The notes under the pieces were generated by a model. The model ran no database searches, had not been told where the DNA came from, and saw nothing but the letters and a program-made list of their open reading frames with translations. Below are positions 38,705 through 42,780 of a DNA stretch of 42,780 nt, piece after piece. The stretch's first letter is position 1; the number at the start of each line of letters is the position of its first letter. The position numbers and the translations under genes were made by a program. The DNA comes from Acidobacteriota bacterium (GTDB taxonomy: Bacteria; Acidobacteriota; Vicinamibacteria; Vicinamibacterales; CAVVIG01), in contig JAHFUL010000002.1 in the NCBI GenBank assembly GCA_023265155.1, positions 36,188 to 78,967 on the forward strand, written 5' to 3'.

Positions 38705-39988
38705 CTACCGTGCGTGTCGAAGCTTCGCGAAGACGCGCTCGTACTTGTCGAGCACGACATCCCACTGATAGTTCTTCTGGACGTACTCCCGCCCGTTGCG
38801 TCCCATCGTCTGTCTGAGCTGGCCGTCGTCGACGAGCAGCCGAAGGCATTCGACGAACTCATCGCGATTGGCGTAATAGAGCCCCGCGTTGCTTCGGACC
38901 GAATGTTCGACCAGTACGTCGCTGCGCGCGTTGGCGAGCACCGGTGTTCCAACCGAAAACGCCTCGAGCGCCAGAAGCGAGAGGCTTTCGTAGGGAGACG
39001 GGCAGACGACGACCGTCGCGGCTTCGAGCGCCTGAACGCGCTCGGGATCGGACAACAGACCGGCGAAGCGGATGAATGGCTCCTCCGGCAGGGCCATGAG
39101 CTTGACGCCCATCAGCGCGAGCGTGGCGTCGCCGCCGTCCTTCACGTAGGCGCTGAAGTATTCGATCAGCTCTTCGCAGCCTTTTCCGGGATCGATGCGG
39201 CCCCCGTAGAGCGCGATGGGGCCGTGCAGACGATGACGTCGGCGGAACACGGCGCCGCGGGCCATGAGATGGGATGGGAAATCGCGGATCGAACCGTGTT
39301 CGCCCGCCGGCTCCTCCTCTGTGTCGTGTGCGAGCGACAGGTCGTCGGTTGCAGGCATCCGAGGATACGGCTGCGGCTGCGGCACGTCGACGCCAACGCC
39401 CACCACTTCCTCGAGAAGCGGCCGCTCACTGAACCGGCCCTGAACGAACAGCCGTTCGCTGTCGGTCAGATAGCAGAGCGCGGCGGGGCGCTTGAAGACG
39501 TCCTTGTAGATTTCGAGCTGAATCGCCGGTTCGTCGTGGGCGGTCGTGACGACCGCGCTCTTGGCGGGGTTCGCCTCCAGGCCAATCACCGTCGGCGCGT
39601 ACAGATAGGTGAAGAAGATCAGCACGTCGTACTGCTGCTCGGTCCGTCTGAGGTACTCGATGAGGGGCGGACACCACGGGCCCTGTTGCTGAAGCCACTC
39701 CAGTTCGTCCGCGCGGGTGTGCGGGTTGTTGTAGATCCACTCCGAGTAGCGGTTGAACGCGTCGATGTCCCGGACGCGCGCGTTCGGAAAACGGCGGATC
39801 GTGACGCCGCGAATCCGGTCGGTCCCCTCCGGATACACGTTCGCCCACGTGACGTAGTCCCGCGCGCACGTCGTCAGCACCTCCACGTCGTGCTCCGAGG
39901 CGAGCCGTTCCGCGACGAGGCGGCAGAGGTGTTCGGATCCGCCAAGGACTTCCGGTCCGTAGCGCTGGACGATGAACGCGAGCTTCAT
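38705..39988 (-). CDS. GT4-family glycosyltransferase
   Basis: GGSE, GGRIDPGKG, SPYESLSLLALEA, C-terminal YQW. Confidence 0.92.
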   Translation of the reverse strand: MKLAFIVQRYGPEVLGGSEHLCRLVAERLASEHDVEVLTTCARDYVTWANVYPEGTDRIRGVTIRRFPNARVRDIDAFNRYSEWIYNNPHTRADELEWLQQQGPWCPPLIEYLRRTEQQYDVLIFFTYLYAPTVIGLEANPAKSAVVTTAHDEPAIQLEIYKDVFKRPAALCYLTDSERLFVQGRFSERPLLEEVVGVGVDVPQPQPYPRMPATDDLSLAHDTEEEPAGEHGSIRDFPSHLMARGAVFRRRHRLHGPIALYGGRIDPGKGCEELIEYFSAYVKDGGDATLALMGVKLMALPEEPFIRFAGLLSDPERVQALEAATVVVCPSPYESLSLLALEAFSVGTPVLANARSDVLVEHSVRSNAGLYYANRDEFVECLRLLVDDGQLRQTMGRNGREYVQKNYQWDVVLDKYERVFAKLRHAR

Positions 39989-41067
39989 GACGAAGGGAAC
40001 GATCCTCCCGAGTGTGCGAGCACGGCCGTCAATTCCCTGGTGAGTCTCGCGTCGCCGAAGTCCGACAGGCGACGGCGCTGTCCGGCAATGACGCTGGCCC
40101 TCAGGTCGTCGTCGAATGCGAGGGCGCCGGCCAGTTCAGCAGCGTACTCCAAATCCTTGGGCGCGAACTGAATCCCTGCCCCGCCCAGAGTCTCGGGGAC
40201 CGCGGCGGCCCCGTAGGCGAGAATCGGGACATCGGCAGCCATCGCCTCGAGCAGGGGCGCGCAGAAGCCCTCGTGCTCGCTCAGCGAGATGTAGACCGCC
40301 GCATGCCGGTAGTAGACCGCCAGGTCCTCGTCGGGAACAGGTCCGGTGAAGATGAAGCGCTCGTTGAGCAAGCGGTACTCGGTCATCATGGCGCGGATCG
40401 TCGAGTAGTAGCGGGGGACCGAGTCGCATCGCCCGACGAAGATAAACCGGTAGTACGCGTCAACGTAGCGCTTGTAATGCTCGGCGAGCCGGATGTGATC
40501 CTCGATCTTCTTGTTCGGAGCCATCCGTCCGACAAAGAGGAAATTCACGAATTCGTCGTCGAGAATCTTCTCGAGCGCCGGACGTCGCACCGGCCGCGTA
40601 ATTCTCGACAAGTCCACCGGCAGCGAGAGGACGCCGGTGGGGTCGAAGCCGAGCAACTCCAGTTCCTGTCGGTTGAACTCCGAGACGCCGAGGGCGAGAT
40701 CGACCCCACCGGCGAGCGTGACCAGCTCGCGTCGAGCCACTGTGGCGAGACGAAAGAGCCCCGGGTCGTACGGAGCGAAGAAATGAGCGGGCGTGACGTT
40801 GTGATAGTAGAGCACGCGGCGCCCCGGGAGCGCGCGGAAGGCGTCGGTCATCGGAGATGGCAAGGCGTAATGAAAGATCGTCAGGTCGCCGTTCTGCGCG
40901 GCGGGGTCGCTGAACGGACGCACATCGCGCTGCAGGTCGTCGTCGATGGTGAGCGCGTAAATCTCCGCCGCGTGTCCCATGCGGTGGAGCGAGTCGCGCA
41001 GGCACCTCGCGCTGTCGCCGACCGCGTCCGCGCGATGGGCGGCGGGAACCCACTGATTCACGACCAT
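39985..41067 (-). CDS. GT4-family glycosyltransferase
   Basis: YHNVTP, FVGRMAPNKKIED, SEHEGFCAPLLEAM. Confidence 0.92.
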   Translation of the reverse strand: MVVNQWVPAAHRADAVGDSARCLRDSLHRMGHAAEIYALTIDDDLQRDVRPFSDPAAQNGDLTIFHYALPSPMTDAFRALPGRRVLYYHNVTPAHFFAPYDPGLFRLATVARRELVTLAGGVDLALGVSEFNRQELELLGFDPTGVLSLPVDLSRITRPVRRPALEKILDDEFVNFLFVGRMAPNKKIEDHIRLAEHYKRYVDAYYRFIFVGRCDSVPRYYSTIRAMMTEYRLLNERFIFTGPVPDEDLAVYYRHAAVYISLSEHEGFCAPLLEAMAADVPILAYGAAAVPETLGGAGIQFAPKDLEYAAELAGALAFDDDLRASVIAGQRRRLSDFGDARLTRELTAVLAHSGGSFPSS

Positions 41068-42257
41068 GGCAGCGCCTTGTAGATCGACGGCCGATCCAGC
41101 CGCAGTTCTTCGAGCTGTTCGGCTGCATCGAATTGCTCCCAGAAATCGCGGGCAACCCGTGGCGGGACCGCACGGGGCGCCGCGATGATCTGGTCGACCA
41201 GACCGAGGAGAATGCCGCCGAAATCCTGCGAGTGCAGCCGCTCGAGAGCAGCGGCCTGGCCCGCCAGGATGGCATCCTGCAGGTCGGGGTCCGAGACGAT
41301 CGCGTCCATGAGCCCGGCGACAAGCTGCGGATCCTTGTCGTCGAACAGCACGCCGGCGCCGTCCAGTGTGGCCGGCACGGCCGTCGCCGCGTACGCCAGG
41401 ACCGGGACCTCGCTGTAGAACGCCTCGACCAGCGGCACGCAGAATCCTTCGTGTTCGCTGGCGCACAGGAAAAGGTCGGCGACGCTGTAGTACGCGACCA
41501 GTTCCTCGTCGGAAATGTGCCCGCTGAAGTGCACGTGCGACAGGCCTAGTTCCGCAATCAGGTGGTGGAGGGCGGCAAGATAACGCTCGAACATGCTGAA
41601 TGCGCCGACGATGAGCAACCGGGAGCGGGGATTGAACGCCGTGTGGTAGACGTGAAAGAAGCGGATCAGATCCTCGATCTTCTTGTTGCTGATGACACGG
41701 CCCACGAACAGAATATTCGTCCAGTCGTCATCGTACTGATTGGCCACGAACCCATCGGGCGGACGGTCCAGGTGCGAGAAGTCCGGCACGACTGGCAAGA
41801 CGGCCGTGCGCGAAAATCCGAACGCTTCCAGGTCCTGCCGGTTGAATTCGGAGTCGCCCATCGCCAGATCGCAGCGATCGATGTACGCCCGGATCTCGCG
41901 ACGGCCCCTGAAGCACTGCCGTGCGAGCGTGCGGTGGATGCCGGCGAAGTATTCGGGCGGCGTGATGTTGTGATAAATGAGCGCCATGCGATCGGGTAGC
42001 GCGAACGCCGTTCGAGAGGCCCTGGATCCGATGGAGAAGTGGTGCAGCAGCAGGTTGTCGGGATGGCTGGCGTCGACGAGCTCGCGGTAGTCGCGCGTCA
42101 GCGATTCCAGCGTGCGATCCGCTGTCTCGACGAAGATCTCGGACTCGTAGCCCGCTTCCCGCAGCACACGCTGAATGCCGAGCACCTCGTGGCCGATGGC
42201 ATCGCCATACGCGAGCGTGGCCAGCACCTGATGAATCGCCGGGGGGCGTGATGGCAC
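41058..42257 (-). CDS. GT4-family glycosyltransferase
   Basis: YHNITP, FVGRVISNKKIED, SEHEGFCVPLVEA. Confidence 0.92.
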   Translation of the reverse strand: MPSRPPAIHQVLATLAYGDAIGHEVLGIQRVLREAGYESEIFVETADRTLESLTRDYRELVDASHPDNLLLHHFSIGSRASRTAFALPDRMALIYHNITPPEYFAGIHRTLARQCFRGRREIRAYIDRCDLAMGDSEFNRQDLEAFGFSRTAVLPVVPDFSHLDRPPDGFVANQYDDDWTNILFVGRVISNKKIEDLIRFFHVYHTAFNPRSRLLIVGAFSMFERYLAALHHLIAELGLSHVHFSGHISDEELVAYYSVADLFLCASEHEGFCVPLVEAFYSEVPVLAYAATAVPATLDGAGVLFDDKDPQLVAGLMDAIVSDPDLQDAILAGQAAALERLHSQDFGGILLGLVDQIIAAPRAVPPRVARDFWEQFDAAEQLEELRLDRPSIYKALPWS

Positions 42258-42780
42258 TACGTGCTCCTCGGCCGGGGGGAGCCGCCACGCCGGTGATGCC
42301 GGCGGCGCTCGTCGGGGGCCGACCGTCGAGGACGAGCGGGCGCGTCCGGCGGTTGTGACGGCTCAACCGGCGGTGGATCGCGCGGGACGGGCGACGGGCT
42401 GCCCAGGCTGGACGACGGTCCTGACGGAATAGAAGCCAGGACGTCCACGGCCGGCCGGCAATCCTTACGATGCCGGTCGAGCCACCCGGGAAGCGGCTCG
42501 ATGTGGTGGCTCGGCGTGTCTTTGGAGAGCCTGTCGAACATTTCCAGGTACTTCCGCTCGATGATGGGCCAGTCGTAATGATCGCGGAAGAACTGGCGCC
42601 CGCTTCGTCCAAGAGAGCCGCTCACCCAACGGTGCTGCTCGATTGCCCGGAGCGCCCCGACAAACTCCGCCTCGTTCTCGTAGAAGAGTCCGGCGTTGCT
42701 GCGGATGCACTGTCCCTTCAACACGTCGCACCTGGCATTGGCGACGACAGGTCTGCCGAGCGCCCACGCTTCGAGGGCGA
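42257..42780 (-). CDS. GT4-family glycosyltransferase, C-terminal part (start lies outside the window)
   Basis: Frame is open to the window edge: ALEAWALGRPVVANARCDVL...SNAGLFY...YDW. Paralogous to 38705-39988. Confidence 0.88.
   Translation of the reverse strand, partial: ALEAWALGRPVVANARCDVLKGQCIRSNAGLFYENEAEFVGALRAIEQHRWVSGSLGRSGRQFFRDHYDWPIIERKYLEMFDRLSKDTPSHHIEPLPGWLDRHRKDCRPAVDVLASIPSGPSSSLGSPSPVPRDPPPVEPSQPPDAPARPRRSAPDERRRHHRRGGSPRPRST

Noticed and set aside
36997-40171. Long alternative ORFs (36997-38952 -, 38606-40171 +), and likewise 335-1627, 13908-15053 and 24482-26035
   Set aside because: Shadow frames of well-supported genes in GC-rich DNA; no recognisable motifs.

Overview
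GC-rich bacterial chromosomal segment, most likely Acidobacteriota (Vicinamibacteria-like). That assignment is an inference from the secreted VWA protein, DUF4159-like protein, PDZ-GAF-PAS kinase and GTAG-type REP hairpins. I can support about 37 CDS. In order: recQ (5'-truncated), apaG, a swivel-first aconitase/LeuD-LeuC fusion with a 2Fe-2S ferredoxin, a VapBC-type TA pair, an esterase, a dual-BON protein, a ZIP plus ferritin-VIT1 metal pair, a TonB/FxLYD-like/VWA operon, SDR, methyltransferase, ino1, an MSHA/ExeAB-like secretin cluster interrupted by acs, an orphan ABC ATPase, DUF4159-like protein, methylmalonyl-CoA mutase large subunit, gpmA-eno-glgC-cyclase, a secreted protein / beta-barrel / PDZ kinase / sigma54 regulator cluster, and four GT4 glycosyltransferases. 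I found no rRNA, tRNA, CRISPR array, transposase or integrase. The most interesting signals: (i) a candidate PDZ-sensing, sigma54-driven envelope signalling system, with two sigma54 promoters in the window in front of envelope genes; (ii) several repeat families (7-, 8- and 9-mer tracts, REPs, stop-codon duplications) that enter coding sequences and bracket a 1.8 kb cassette and acs; (iii) pervasive leaderless gene architecture. All calls come from reading motifs by eye; no database search was run.
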